A stretch of DNA of 64,000 nt from positions 16,271 to 80,270 of the forward strand of contig CANRCT010000003.1 of NCBI GenBank assembly GCA_947629175.1, in the 5' to 3' direction. The first letter of the stretch is position 1, and every line of letters starts with the position of its first letter. This document shows, one piece after another, positions 19,183-28,607 of this stretch. Source of the DNA: an uncultured Muribaculaceae bacterium (GTDB lineage: Bacteria > Bacteroidota > Bacteroidia > Bacteroidales > Muribaculaceae). The notes under the pieces are model-generated. The model ran no database searches. It had not been told where the DNA came from and was given only the letters and a program-made list of their open reading frames with translations. The position numbers were made by a program, and so were the translations under genes.

Positions 19183-20238
19183 TCACATGAAGAATGAGGG
19201 ACGGACGGAGGGGAAGCCGATGATGGAGCCGATGGCTGGTGAGGAAAAAACGATCCGGCAGAGCACTTCGGCCGTGATGTCGAAGTCGGGACGGTCGGTG
19301 CGCTCGTCGGCCAGATACAACGAGCCGTTTTCAATCACGTAATAATGTGAGTTATCAATGATTATCCGGTCGGAGATACGCATACTCATGCATAGCTCCG
19401 GATTGGCCGCCGCCACTATTTCCAGACATTGCGCCACATTGACAATCCTCGCCATCCCGCAGGCGTAGAGCCGACGGTGAGTGTCGCCGGGCACGGCCAT
19501 GATCTGCACCGCCACGTCGGGGAAACGGCGTCGCAGTTCATGCATGGCTCCCCTCATGGCCGGGCGGTCGATGCCAAGCAGATCGGTAACCGTCAGGAGC
19601 TCTCCGTCAGCCGACAGACTTGCCCATGCCATCGCCGCCACCCGTCGGGATCCGTCGGCAACGGCGACGAAAGCCTTCCCCGGTTCGTCGGCGGCATTCT
19701 CGACGCTCAGGCGAAAATCGGCCGCAGAATGCAGGACGGCGCATCCGCGATGCATCTCCATGCGATGAAACGCCTCGAACACTTCATCGGCCAAGGGATT
19801 TTCCACCGGCTGATAGTCCTCTCCGGCACCAAAAGTGTGGAGTGATGTAAACCTTTGGCGATCATTGTAAAAAACCGTTGAGAAACCGAGATGGTCGAAA
19901 AAGAAATAGAGCCAGTCGCGTGTCGGCACAAGAGCCGTCAGCATGTCGCCCCTTCTGCGTGACTCATGGAGTGATTCCGTAACAAGCTCGGACATGAATC
20001 CGTTTCCGCGGGAAGCCCGGCGCGTCGCGCAACTTGATATATACGACATGCCTGCCGTCTGGCCATGAAACAGCAAATCATAGTGACGCATCACAAGGGT
20101 GCTGACCGGCTGGCCCCCTTTTTCGAGAAGCATAGCGTCGCTATCGTCATACAACGGATCAAACATTTTTTTCATGAGGGCGTCGGAATATCCGAAACTC
20201 TCTTTCACTATCCTGCGGACGGCTTCTTTCTTTTCCAT
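19183..20238 (-). CDS. GNAT-family acetyltransferase (Eis-like)
   Basis: YISSCATRRASRGNGFMSEL acetyl-CoA motif, LVPTRDWLYFFF, GMARIVN. Confidence 0.8.
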   Translation of the reverse strand: MEKKEAVRRIVKESFGYSDALMKKMFDPLYDDSDAMLLEKGGQPVSTLVMRHYDLLFHGQTAGMSYISSCATRRASRGNGFMSELVTESLHESRRRGDMLTALVPTRDWLYFFFDHLGFSTVFYNDRQRFTSLHTFGAGEDYQPVENPLADEVFEAFHRMEMHRGCAVLHSAADFRLSVENAADEPGKAFVAVADGSRRVAAMAWASLSADGELLTVTDLLGIDRPAMRGAMHELRRRFPDVAVQIMAVPGDTHRRLYACGMARIVNVAQCLEIVAAANPELCMSMRISDRIIIDNSHYYVIENGSLYLADERTDRPDFDITAEVLCRIVFSSPAIGSIIGFPSVRPSFFM

Positions 20239-20299
20239 ACATCAGTAAAGTTTCTCCGGCCGGCAATTAGCAAAATGGGCCGTCAGATAGTAAACGCAT

Positions 20300-20333
20300 G
20301 CGACCCCACGAGAGTTTGATCCCGCGGGGTCGC
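20300..20333 (-). terminator. Hairpin downstream of DUF4301
   Basis: On the - strand GCGACCCCGCGGGA pairs fully with TCTCGTGGGGTCGC when G-U pairs are allowed. Confidence 0.5.
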
Positions 20334-20368
20334 CGTGACTGATGTGCGGTCGCGCTGCGACCGGCAGT

Positions 20369-21889
20369 TTACTGATGTGCCGGACGGAGAAGGTCGTTGA
20401 CGGTCTTGACCGGATTGAAAGTCTCGATGGGAACTTCAACGAATGCCGTGTTCCAGTCGCTCATTGCTCCGTTCCAGAGGCCGGGCAGTTCCAGTGCCTT
20501 GAGTTCCTTGCCGTGCGACGACTTCGACGATATGAAGCCGGTGGCCGGATCGGTATGTGCTGTAAGATCGTAGTTGTTGCCATGGCGATCCTTGATATAG
20601 CATACGAGATCCACCGGATTGAAGTGTGTGGCGGATTTCAGCATAGCCACATATTCCTCGTTGTTTTTGTCAATCTGATGGCTCTCGAGAATCTGTAGCG
20701 AAGCTGATCCGTCGGGGTTCACAGCGATAAACGGGCCGCCGCCGGGTTCGCCCTCGTTGCGCACCATACCGCAGACACGCAGAGGCCGGTCGAGCTTGTC
20801 GTGGAGATATACAGCGCGGTGAGGCACGTCCATCTTGGTGAAGTTCTTGTCGGAAAGCGAGAGACGGTCGCGCATGAACACGAAAATCTCGTCGAGCAGA
20901 GGCTCGTCGTACTTTCCGTCGGCGAGCGCCATCTGATATTCCACCATCTTGTCGCGGAGCTCAAGCATATATCCGGCTATGACCTCCTTGTAACGGATCG
21001 TGGGCTGGCGCAGAGCGTCGGGCACCACATTGTCGATGTTTTTTATGAACACCACTGCCGAATCAATATCATTGAGATTCTCAATGAGGGCGCCATGGCC
21101 GCCAGGACGGAAAAGGAGCTTGCCGTCCTCACGGAAAGGTGTGTTGTCGGGATTGGCCGCAACCGTATCTGTGGATGGCTTCTGCTCCGACAGGCTGATA
21201 TTGAACTTCACGCCCATGCGTTTCTCTGTAGCGGGAAGCACTTCCGCTATCTTCTCCTCGAAAAGTTTGCGATGATTGGACGACACAGTGAAATGCAGAT
21301 TGACCGTGCCGAGCGAATTGGCGGCAGTCTGAGCGCCTTCGGTCATCTGTTCCTCCAGCGGTGTGCGCGAGCCTTCGGGATATTTGTGGAATTTCAGCAG
21401 CCCCTTGGGCAGACCTCCGTAATTCATTCCCTCAGGCTTGATCAGGGCAGAAATAAGGTCCTTGATGCGGCCTTCGGCAATGAGCTCCGCGGCTTTCTTG
21501 CCGTGCAGACTCACTACCGTGGCGTCGAGTTCCTTTGCAAACGGCAGCCGGTCGAAATTCTCTACAAGCTGCGCCACAGGCGATCCGGGTGCAGGAATTT
21601 CATCCTGACCGTCGACAAACTCAAAGAGAGCCTTGAACATACGCGATGCGGCTCCCGAAGCCGGAACGAACTTGGTGACTTCGCCGCCATCGGCAAGATA
21701 ATGATGCCAACGCTGACGCGCGGCTTCTTCCTGCGCAGGAGTAAGCACTGTTATGCCTCTGCCGGGACGAGCCGCCGCAAGGATGTCAAGAAAGGGAAAT
21801 CCTTGCTCGAAACGTTTGAGCTGGGCCTCAAGCTGGGCCTCAGTGATGCCTTTGGCCTCAAGCTGGGCCAGATCTTCAGGTTGTAACAT
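20369..21889 (-). CDS. DUF4301 family protein (nucleotidyltransferase-like)
   Basis: KFVPASGAASRMFK, PKGLLKFH, FRPGGHGALIENL, GEPGGGPF, THFNPVD and TFNPVKTVNDLLR motifs. Confidence 0.92.
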   Translation of the reverse strand: MLQPEDLAQLEAKGITEAQLEAQLKRFEQGFPFLDILAAARPGRGITVLTPAQEEAARQRWHHYLADGGEVTKFVPASGAASRMFKALFEFVDGQDEIPAPGSPVAQLVENFDRLPFAKELDATVVSLHGKKAAELIAEGRIKDLISALIKPEGMNYGGLPKGLLKFHKYPEGSRTPLEEQMTEGAQTAANSLGTVNLHFTVSSNHRKLFEEKIAEVLPATEKRMGVKFNISLSEQKPSTDTVAANPDNTPFREDGKLLFRPGGHGALIENLNDIDSAVVFIKNIDNVVPDALRQPTIRYKEVIAGYMLELRDKMVEYQMALADGKYDEPLLDEIFVFMRDRLSLSDKNFTKMDVPHRAVYLHDKLDRPLRVCGMVRNEGEPGGGPFIAVNPDGSASLQILESHQIDKNNEEYVAMLKSATHFNPVDLVCYIKDRHGNNYDLTAHTDPATGFISSKSSHGKELKALELPGLWNGAMSDWNTAFVEVPIETFNPVKTVNDLLRPAHQ

Positions 21890-22040
21890 GATATTGATAT
21901 TATGGGTTTGAAAAATTCATGATGGATTGCCGGCATGACATTCAGTATGCATTCCGACCCCAAAAGTAAAATTTTTTTTCGTAACCACCGCTATGGCCCA
22001 GTAGATTTTTTTGACTATTTTTGCAGCATATTGACAGAAA

Positions 22041-22619
22041 ATGACAAAAGACACCATAACCGACCTGGAATCAGCCGTCGCTATCCTGAAAGCGGGCGGA
22101 GTGATACTCTATCCCACCGATACTGTGTGGGGGATAGGATGCGACGCCACCCGTCAGGAGGCGGTGGAACGGATTTACCGCATCAAGCGTCGCATCGACT
22201 CCAAGGCGATGATTTCTCTCGTGAGCGATACCGCCATGCTTGAGCGGTGGGTCGAAGATATACCTGAGACGGCTCTGCAACTCGCCGATGTGGCAGTCAG
22301 ACCGCTGACCATTATCTATGACCATCCGCACGGACTGGCCCCCGGGCTGCTTGCGGCCGACGGCAGCGCGGCCATCCGCATAGCATCCGATGAATTCTGC
22401 CAGAGCCTTTGCAGGAGGCTGCGCCGGCCGGTGGTATCGACATCGGCCAATATCAGCGGCAAGCCTGCTCCCGGAAGCTTCGCAGAGATAGAAGCAGACA
22501 TCAGGGAAGCAGTCGACTATGTGGCTACGAGCGGACGCCCCGCGGCTGGATCCGACAACCGCCCGTCGTCGGTCGTTAAAATCTCTGACGGAGGAATAAT
22601 CAAAATCTTACGCCCGTGA
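22041..22619 (+). CDS. tsaC: L-threonylcarbamoyladenylate synthase (YrdC/Sua5)
   Basis: LYPTDTVWGIGCDA, STSANISG and PSSVVK motifs. Confidence 0.93.
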   Translation: MTKDTITDLESAVAILKAGGVILYPTDTVWGIGCDATRQEAVERIYRIKRRIDSKAMISLVSDTAMLERWVEDIPETALQLADVAVRPLTIIYDHPHGLAPGLLAADGSAAIRIASDEFCQSLCRRLRRPVVSTSANISGKPAPGSFAEIEADIREAVDYVATSGRPAAGSDNRPSSVVKISDGGIIKILRP

Positions 22620-24463
22620 ACAGCACAGAATACTACAACGGCAGTGACGCCGCGACTGAAAACGAGCCCACCCGCCACGGCGAGGGACGCGCCCACACGC
22701 TTTTCATGCGCTTTCTTATCTGGCGCGAGAAACACGTGAAGGAGAAGACCTTTGTAATATTCGTCTCGCTGATCATAGGAATACTCGGCGGCCTGGCGGC
22801 TCTCCTGCTGAAGACGCTGATACATCTGATATCGTCGGCGCTGACGTCTCATCTGTCGGTGACGGGAAGCAACTGGCTGTTTTTTCTTTATCCGGCGCTC
22901 GGAGTGCTGATCACCGTGCTGTTTGTGCGCTATTTAGTGCGCGACAATATATCGCACGGAGTCACACGCGTGCTCTATGCCATCTCACAGAACAAAAGCC
23001 GCCTCAAGCGTCACAATACATATACCTCGCTCATAGCAAGCTCCATCACCATCGGATTCGGCGGATCGGTCGGTGCGGAGGGCCCGATCGTATATACCGG
23101 CGCCGCCATCGGATCCACCGTCGGGTCATGGCTGCGCATGTCGCCGAGGGTATTGATGATCCTTGTAGGCTGCGGCGCAGCGGCCGGCATAGCAGGCATA
23201 TTCAAAGCGCCTATAGCCGGGATGCTTTTCACCCTTGAGGTGCTGATGATAGATCTGACGACTGTCTCGGTGATGCCGCTGCTGATATCGTCGATCACAG
23301 CCGCTACAATTGCCTATATATTCACAGGCTATGACGTGGAGTTTTTCTTCGTACAGAGCGAGCCGTTCGTGACGGCACGTATCCCCTTCGCCATATTGCT
23401 GGGCGTATTCACCGGACTCGTTTCGCTTTATTTCACACGCGTAATGAATCTGATGGAGAACACCTTCGGCAAGATACGCAATCCATGGCTGCGCATGGCG
23501 GCCGGCGGGGCACTCCTTTCGAGTCTCATATTCCTGTTCCCGCCGCTCTACGGCGAAGGCTATGGGTCGATCGTGGCTCTGCTCAGCGGCAACATATCGA
23601 GCATCGTCGACGGTTCGCTGTTTTATGCCGACCGCGACAACGTATGGTTCATCCTGCTGTTCATAGCCATGATTATCCTCACCAAAGCTTTCGCCACCTC
23701 CTCCACCACCGGTGCGGGAGGCGTCGGGGGCACCTTCGCTCCGTCGCTTTACGTAGGCTGCATGGCAGGTTTTTTCTTCGCCTACTTTATCAATGAGCTT
23801 TTCGGACTTGATCTGTCGGTAAAGAATTTCGCACTGATGGGCATGGCAGGGGTGATGTCGGCTGTAATGCATGCGCCGCTTATGGGCATTTTCCTGACAG
23901 CCGAGCTGACGGGAGGGTACGAACTCTTTCTGCCCCTGCTCATAGTATCGACGCTCTCTTACGGCACTATCAAACTTTTCGAGCCTTACAGCATCTACGC
24001 CATGCGTCTTGCCCAGCGAGGCGAGCTCCTGACGCATCACAAGGACAAGGCTGTGCTGACACTGCTGAAGGTCGACAACGTGATAGAGACAGATTTCGTG
24101 CCCGTCAGGCCCGATATGAATCTCAAGGAAATGGTCGGAGTGATCTCCCGCTCCAACCGCAACCTGTATCCGGTGCTTAATAAGGAGGGACGCCTGCAGG
24201 GAGTGGTGCTTCTCGACGAGATACGCAACATCATGTTCCGCCCGGATCTTTACAGGCGCATGTATGTCGACAAATTCATGAGCATGCCGCCGGGACGCGT
24301 GGTTATCGGCCAGAGCATGGAGCAAGTGATGAAGACATTTGACGATACCGGGGCATGGAACCTGCCAGTGGTGGAAGCCGACGGCAAATATGTGGGCTTC
24401 GTCAGCAAATCCAAGATATTCAATTCCTATAGGCGAGTGCTCCGCCATTATTCAGAGGACTGA
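22616..24463 (+). CDS. ClC chloride channel/antiporter with C-terminal CBS pair
   Basis: GGSVGAEGP with gating Glu, FKAPIAG, GGTFAPSL and HAPLMG; CBS domains; GTG start overlaps the tsaC stop. Confidence 0.92.
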   Translation: MNSTEYYNGSDAATENEPTRHGEGRAHTLFMRFLIWREKHVKEKTFVIFVSLIIGILGGLAALLLKTLIHLISSALTSHLSVTGSNWLFFLYPALGVLITVLFVRYLVRDNISHGVTRVLYAISQNKSRLKRHNTYTSLIASSITIGFGGSVGAEGPIVYTGAAIGSTVGSWLRMSPRVLMILVGCGAAAGIAGIFKAPIAGMLFTLEVLMIDLTTVSVMPLLISSITAATIAYIFTGYDVEFFFVQSEPFVTARIPFAILLGVFTGLVSLYFTRVMNLMENTFGKIRNPWLRMAAGGALLSSLIFLFPPLYGEGYGSIVALLSGNISSIVDGSLFYADRDNVWFILLFIAMIILTKAFATSSTTGAGGVGGTFAPSLYVGCMAGFFFAYFINELFGLDLSVKNFALMGMAGVMSAVMHAPLMGIFLTAELTGGYELFLPLLIVSTLSYGTIKLFEPYSIYAMRLAQRGELLTHHKDKAVLTLLKVDNVIETDFVPVRPDMNLKEMVGVISRSNRNLYPVLNKEGRLQGVVLLDEIRNIMFRPDLYRRMYVDKFMSMPPGRVVIGQSMEQVMKTFDDTGAWNLPVVEADGKYVGFVSKSKIFNSYRRVLRHYSED

Positions 24464-24502
24464 CCGGCAGACTTCAAAAACGCGTGGATTAAACTCATTT
24501 CA

Positions 24503-24533
24503 CATGGGTGTGCATTATTATTGCACGCCCATG
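24503..24533. promoter_or_regulatory. 12-bp inverted repeat overlapping the promoter of the 24576 ORF (operator or terminator)
   Basis: CATGGGTGTGCA-ttattat-TGCACGCCCATG with one G-T pair; TAACTTTG follows at 24538-24545. Confidence 0.5.
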
Positions 24534-24575
24534 TTCATAACTTTGCGTCAGGAATAAAACTTAACGCAAAGCATC

Positions 24576-24833
24576 ATGAAACGCATCAACTCCTCCGACG
24601 TGATCATAGCAAGCCTTACCCAGAGAGGACGCAATGTCGCCAACCTCCGTATAAGCGGCCTGTCGGATATCAGCCAGGTCATCGACTATATCAGACGCAC
24701 CATACGCGGCCTTATCGGGATGACAAGCCTTCGCCTCCGCAACGGATCGCAGGGGTGGGTGACTGAATTGAGCCTGATGTTCGGCACTGTGGCTGACCAC
24801 GCAACGGCCGCTCATCAGTTGTCGCTGTTCTGA
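24576..24833 (+). CDS. Hypothetical 85-aa protein ending in QLSLF
   Basis: Own -7 element, A-rich leader and a clean ORF between clc and the TPR gene; no family recognised. Confidence 0.7.
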   Translation: MKRINSSDVIIASLTQRGRNVANLRISGLSDISQVIDYIRRTIRGLIGMTSLRLRNGSQGWVTELSLMFGTVADHATAAHQLSLF

Positions 24834-24848
24834 CAGCGAACCGGACGA

Positions 24849-25130
24849 TCAGGGATTTAGCAGATCGGGATTGAAAAAGCTTTCGACGGATCGGGCCATC
24901 TCAAGAGCCCTTGATGCCGGCCCGTCGGGATCGATATCGGCAGCCTTAATATAATCGGATGTCGCCTCAGCGCGACGGCCAAGCTTCCACAACAGTTTCC
25001 CGCGCAGAAACAACGCGTCGCCGCTTGCCGGAGAAGCTGTTATAATCTCGTCGAGCAGAGCTATCGCCTCATCTGTGCGTCCTTGCGAGGCGAGAGTGCG
25101 GGCATCTTCTATGGTATGGGAAGTGGACAT
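24849..25130 (-). CDS. Small TPR-repeat protein
   Basis: DEAIALLDE...ALFLRGKLLWKLGRRAEATSDYIKA and C-terminal FFNPDLLNP; ATG 25130. Confidence 0.8.
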   Translation of the reverse strand: MSTSHTIEDARTLASQGRTDEAIALLDEIITASPASGDALFLRGKLLWKLGRRAEATSDYIKAADIDPDGPASRALEMARSVESFFNPDLLNP

Positions 25131-25134
25131 AGCT

Positions 25135-25172
25135 AAAAAAGAAAAAGCTCCCATGTAGACCTACATGAGAGC
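25135..25172 (-). terminator. Intrinsic terminator of the tRNA-Val pair
   Basis: - strand GCTCTCATGTAG-gt-CTACATGGGAGC followed by TTTTTCTTTTTT. Confidence 0.8.
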
Positions 25173-25186
25173 ATTCGTTTCATCGT

Positions 25187-25264
25187 TGGTGGGCGCTGAG
25201 GGATTCGAACCCCCGACCCTCTGCTTGTAAGGCAGACGCTCTGAACCAGCTGAGCTAAGCGCCC
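25187..25264 (-). tRNA. tRNA-Val(TAC), CCA encoded
   Basis: GGGCGCTTAGCTCAGCTGG...CTTACAAG...GGTTCGAATCCC...GCGCCCACCA cloverleaf. Confidence 0.97.
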
Positions 25265-25316
25265 TCGTCATATGCGAGGAAAATGGTTTCGGGCAACGAG
25301 TCATGATCTCTTGGGG

Positions 25317-25391
25317 TGGGCGCTGAGGGATTCGAACCCCCGACCCTCTGCTTGTAAGGCAGACGCTCTGAACCAGCTGAGCTAAGCGCCC
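25317..25391 (-). tRNA. tRNA-Val(TAC), identical body, CCA not encoded
   Basis: 75-nt body identical to the 25190-25264 copy, followed by CCC rather than CCA. Confidence 0.97.
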
Positions 25392-25579
25392 TTCGTTCCC
25401 GAAAGCGATGCAAAGTTACGACCATTTTCCGAACTGACAAAATTTTCCGGCAATTTTTTTGCTCATTTTTTCAAGCGGCAGACAATCCGATGTGATTATA
25501 CATTGATACAGCGGACGTTGCACAAAACGTTTTCAAATTATTTTTTCAAAGCATCTATAATTACTATCTTTGCAGACAT

Positions 25580-26626
25580 ATGGCTACGACACAAAAGAAG
25601 CGCAAGAAAGCTTCGGGCGGCATGAAGCTCGGACTGATTATCGGAAGCATATCCGCTGTACTGTTGGCGGCAGTATGCATCTTATTCTGCGTTCAGCCGG
25701 CAGCTCCTGCCGACGGCGAGCGATGGGTCAGGATACCGTCGGGATCCGACCGACAGGCAGTGGGCGACTCCCTGAGAGCTGCCTTGGGAGTGACCTGCGG
25801 CAACCGGGTATATACAATCTGGCGCATTATGGGCGGGAATCCCGACAGAGCGCACGGGGCCTACAGAATAAACCACGGCACAAGCACGCTGACAGCTGCC
25901 CGACGCATCAAGAACGGCAGCCAGACACCCGTCAGACTGACCTTCAACTATGCCCGCGACATCTCCGACATGGCTTCGCGGCTGACGCGAAACCTGGAGA
26001 TCGAGCCGGAAGCGCTCCTTGCGGCATGCGATACGATACTGCCACGCCACGGATTCAGAAGAGAACAGTTTCCCGCCGCATTCATGCCCGACACCTACGA
26101 AGCTTACTGGACCGACGACGGAGAGCGGATAGTAGACAGGCTGCTGACCGTGCGCAACAATTTCTGGAACGACGACCGGCGTCAGCGCGCGGCCGACCTC
26201 GGACTGTCGCCGGCAGAAGCGGCCACTCTTGCATCGATAGTGGAAGAGGAGACCGGCAAAGCCGACGAACGCCCCACGGTGGCACGGCTCTATCTCAACC
26301 GCCTCAGCAAAGGGATGCTTCTTCAGGCCGATCCGACCGTGAAATTCGCCACAGGCAATCCGGATCTCCGGCGCATCACCGGACGGCATCTCACGATCCA
26401 GTCGCCATACAACACCTATCTTCACCATGGCCTCCCCCCGGGCCCGATACGCATCGCCGACGGACGCACCATTGACGCCGTGCTCAATGCTCCCCGCCAC
26501 AACTACTTATATATGTGCGCGAGAGAGGATTTCTCAGGATATCACAACTTCGCTTCTGATTATGCCACACACCAGGCCAACGCCAGGCGTTACCGCCAGG
26601 AACTCGACCGCAGGGGCATCAGATAA
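25580..26626 (+). CDS. mltG: Endolytic transglycosylase MltG
   Basis: N-terminal TM anchor, LASIVEEET, LQADPT, SPYNTY..GLPPGPI and YLYMCA motifs. Confidence 0.95.
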   Translation: MATTQKKRKKASGGMKLGLIIGSISAVLLAAVCILFCVQPAAPADGERWVRIPSGSDRQAVGDSLRAALGVTCGNRVYTIWRIMGGNPDRAHGAYRINHGTSTLTAARRIKNGSQTPVRLTFNYARDISDMASRLTRNLEIEPEALLAACDTILPRHGFRREQFPAAFMPDTYEAYWTDDGERIVDRLLTVRNNFWNDDRRQRAADLGLSPAEAATLASIVEEETGKADERPTVARLYLNRLSKGMLLQADPTVKFATGNPDLRRITGRHLTIQSPYNTYLHHGLPPGPIRIADGRTIDAVLNAPRHNYLYMCAREDFSGYHNFASDYATHQANARRYRQELDRRGIR

Positions 26627-26670
26627 GCGCGCATGAACATTGTCTCATCCCTATCCGTTAGTCAACTATC

Positions 26671-26913
26671 ATGAACGACAGCAACGACAACAGCAGCACA
26701 GTATTAAACACGTATTCCACCGATTGGGAAGCCCATATCGCGGAAGGCGTACTGTCAAGCAACGGCATACCATGCGCCCTCACCAACGAGACGTTCTCAT
26801 CGATATATCCGATCGGATTCAACAGTATCGGAGGGATCAACCTCATTGTGCCCGCTGAATACGCCGCTCAGGCACGCGAACTGCTCGGACTTGAGACCGC
26901 AAACGATGACTGA
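26671..26913 (+). CDS. DUF2007-like (putative signal-transducing) protein
   Basis: EAHIAEGVLSSNGIPCAL...GGINLIVP pattern. Confidence 0.75.
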   Translation: MNDSNDNSSTVLNTYSTDWEAHIAEGVLSSNGIPCALTNETFSSIYPIGFNSIGGINLIVPAEYAAQARELLGLETANDD

Positions 26914-26955
26914 CGCCACTTCCAACAGAATTATAAAAGCGGCATCGCCAAAACA

Positions 26956-26987
26956 TTTGCGCATTAGGAAAATAATCACTACCTTTG
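26956..26987 (+). promoter_or_regulatory. Consensus Bacteroidota promoter (-33/-7) of the sigma factor gene
   Basis: TTTG 26956-26959, 20-nt spacer, TACCTTTG 26980-26987. Confidence 0.8.
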
Positions 26988-27009
26988 CACGCTAAATCTC
27001 AAGAAACGA

Positions 27010-27870
27010 ATGAGACAACTTAAAATCACCAAATCGATCACCAACCGCGAAAGCGCGTCGCTCGACAAATATCTTCAGGAGATAGGCCGTGAAGAGCTTA
27101 TATCCGTAGATGAGGAAGTAGAGCTTGCACGTCGCATACGCCAAGGCGATCAGAGAGCGCTGGAAAAGTTAACTTGTGCAAATCTTCGCTTCGTGGTATC
27201 AGTAGCTAAACAGTACCAGAACCAGGGGCTCAGCCTCCCCGACCTGATCAACGAAGGCAATCTTGGCTTGATTAAAGCTGCACAGAAGTTTGACGAGACC
27301 CGCGGTTTCAAATTCATCTCCTATGCCGTGTGGTGGATACGGCAGTCAATCCTTCAGGCGCTGGCCGAACAGGCCCGTATCGTGAGGTTGCCCCTCAATC
27401 AGGTGGGAGCATTGAATAAAATCAGCAAGGAGCTATCGAAGTTCGAGCAGGAGAACGAGCGCCGTCCTTCGCCCGAAGAGCTTGCCGCACGACTCGATGT
27501 GCCCCTCGAAAAAATTTCCGACACCCTCAAAGTGTCGGGCCGCAGCATTTCGGTCGACGCCCCCTTCGTCGAGGGCGAGGACAACAGTCTGCTCGACGTG
27601 CTGACCAACGACGACTCCCCTGCCGCCGACTCCACTCTGACTCAGGAATCCCTGTCGAAAGAGGTGGATCGCGCCCTCCGTCAGCTCCATGAGCGCGAGC
27701 GCGAGATACTCAAGATGTTTTTCGGCATCGGATGTCAGGAGATGACTCTTGAGGAGATCGGAGCTAAATTTGACCTTACGCGCGAGCGCGTGCGCCAGAT
27801 CAAGGAGAAGGCGATCCGCCGCCTCAAAGGTCAGAAGAGCCGCCTGCTGAAAACCTATCTCGGTCAGTAA
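27010..27870 (+). CDS. rpoD: Primary sigma-70 factor, Bacteroidota type lacking region 1.1
   Basis: [54 protein letters not shown] and [12 protein letters not shown]. Confidence 0.95.
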   Translation: MRQLKITKSITNRESASLDKYLQEIGREELISVDEEVELARRIRQGDQRALEKLTCANLRFVVSVAKQYQNQGLSLPDLINEGNLGLIKAAQKFDETRGFKFISYAVWWIRQSILQALAEQARIVRLPLNQVGALNKISKELSKFEQENERRPSPEELAARLDVPLEKISDTLKVSGRSISVDAPFVEGEDNSLLDVLTNDDSPAADSTLTQESLSKEVDRALRQLHEREREILKMFFGIGCQEMTLEEIGAKFDLTRERVRQIKEKAIRRLKGQKSRLLKTYLGQ

Positions 27871-27937
27871 GCCCGACCGGCATCCAACGACAATTCAGAT
27901 CGCAAGGACAATAGATGTAATATTTTTCTCATGGTGA

Positions 27938-27974
27938 GAAAGCGTGCGTCGTGATGACGTGCGCTTTTTCTTTT
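27938..27974 (+). terminator. Intrinsic terminator after rpoD
   Basis: AAAGCGTGCGTC-gtgat-GACGTGCGCTTT plus T-tract. Confidence 0.8.
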
Positions 27975-28121
27975 ATCAATCCGACAGAAAAACCGGAAGC
28001 CTGCCTTACAATATTTAACACATACATGCAACGCCGTTGCCCATCATCAGAATAACTTTGCATCGTCAACACCGACCCGCGTGTATCCTCACCGGGCCAC
28101 ATCAAAAAACTATCATAAGTC

Positions 28122-28556
28122 ATGAAACTCTGGGATCTTATCGGCGGCCTCGCCTTATACCGCCTCCTGTTCGGACGGTCATCATCGGCCCGACAATCAC
28201 AGCCGCACCCAACGCAGCCACAGTACACGCCTCTCTACAGTGGAGCGTCCGACCGCTTTGCATCTACTCCCGACGCCTCCGCCTACGATCTCAACGACCC
28301 CGACGAGATTCAGGACCGCATAGACGAACTGGAGGACATGCTGTCGGAATGCGACGACGACCGCTACGACGACATCGAGCGCGAGATAGAGACCCTGACC
28401 GCACGGGCTGAAGAGCTTAACCGGATAAACGACCGTGAATTCAACGCCCTCGTCGGCCTGGACAATGACGACGATATCGGCGCAGATTACTTCACGGCCG
28501 ACGATCCGTATGACTGCGCCGACCCTCTCGATGATGACGATCCGTCCGACTGGTAA
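28122..28556 (+). CDS. Hypothetical highly acidic protein
   Basis: Own TAACTTTG (28053-28060), hydrophobic N-terminus, Asp/Glu-rich helical core and tail. Confidence 0.7.
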   Translation: MKLWDLIGGLALYRLLFGRSSSARQSQPHPTQPQYTPLYSGASDRFASTPDASAYDLNDPDEIQDRIDELEDMLSECDDDRYDDIEREIETLTARAEELNRINDREFNALVGLDNDDDIGADYFTADDPYDCADPLDDDDPSDW

Positions 28557-28607
28557 GCGCCGGAACGCCTAACCAATCCGATGAGAGCAGCCGGGCCAAG
28601 GCGCAAA

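Noticed and set aside
19183-19230. Possible frameshift at the GNAT C-terminus (ends RPSFFM)
   Set aside because: Length is normal for the family and no better continuation is visible in the other frames.
25187-25391. tRNA-Val pair as an integration site
   Set aside because: Both copies are full-length, with no partial 3' repeat or integrase.
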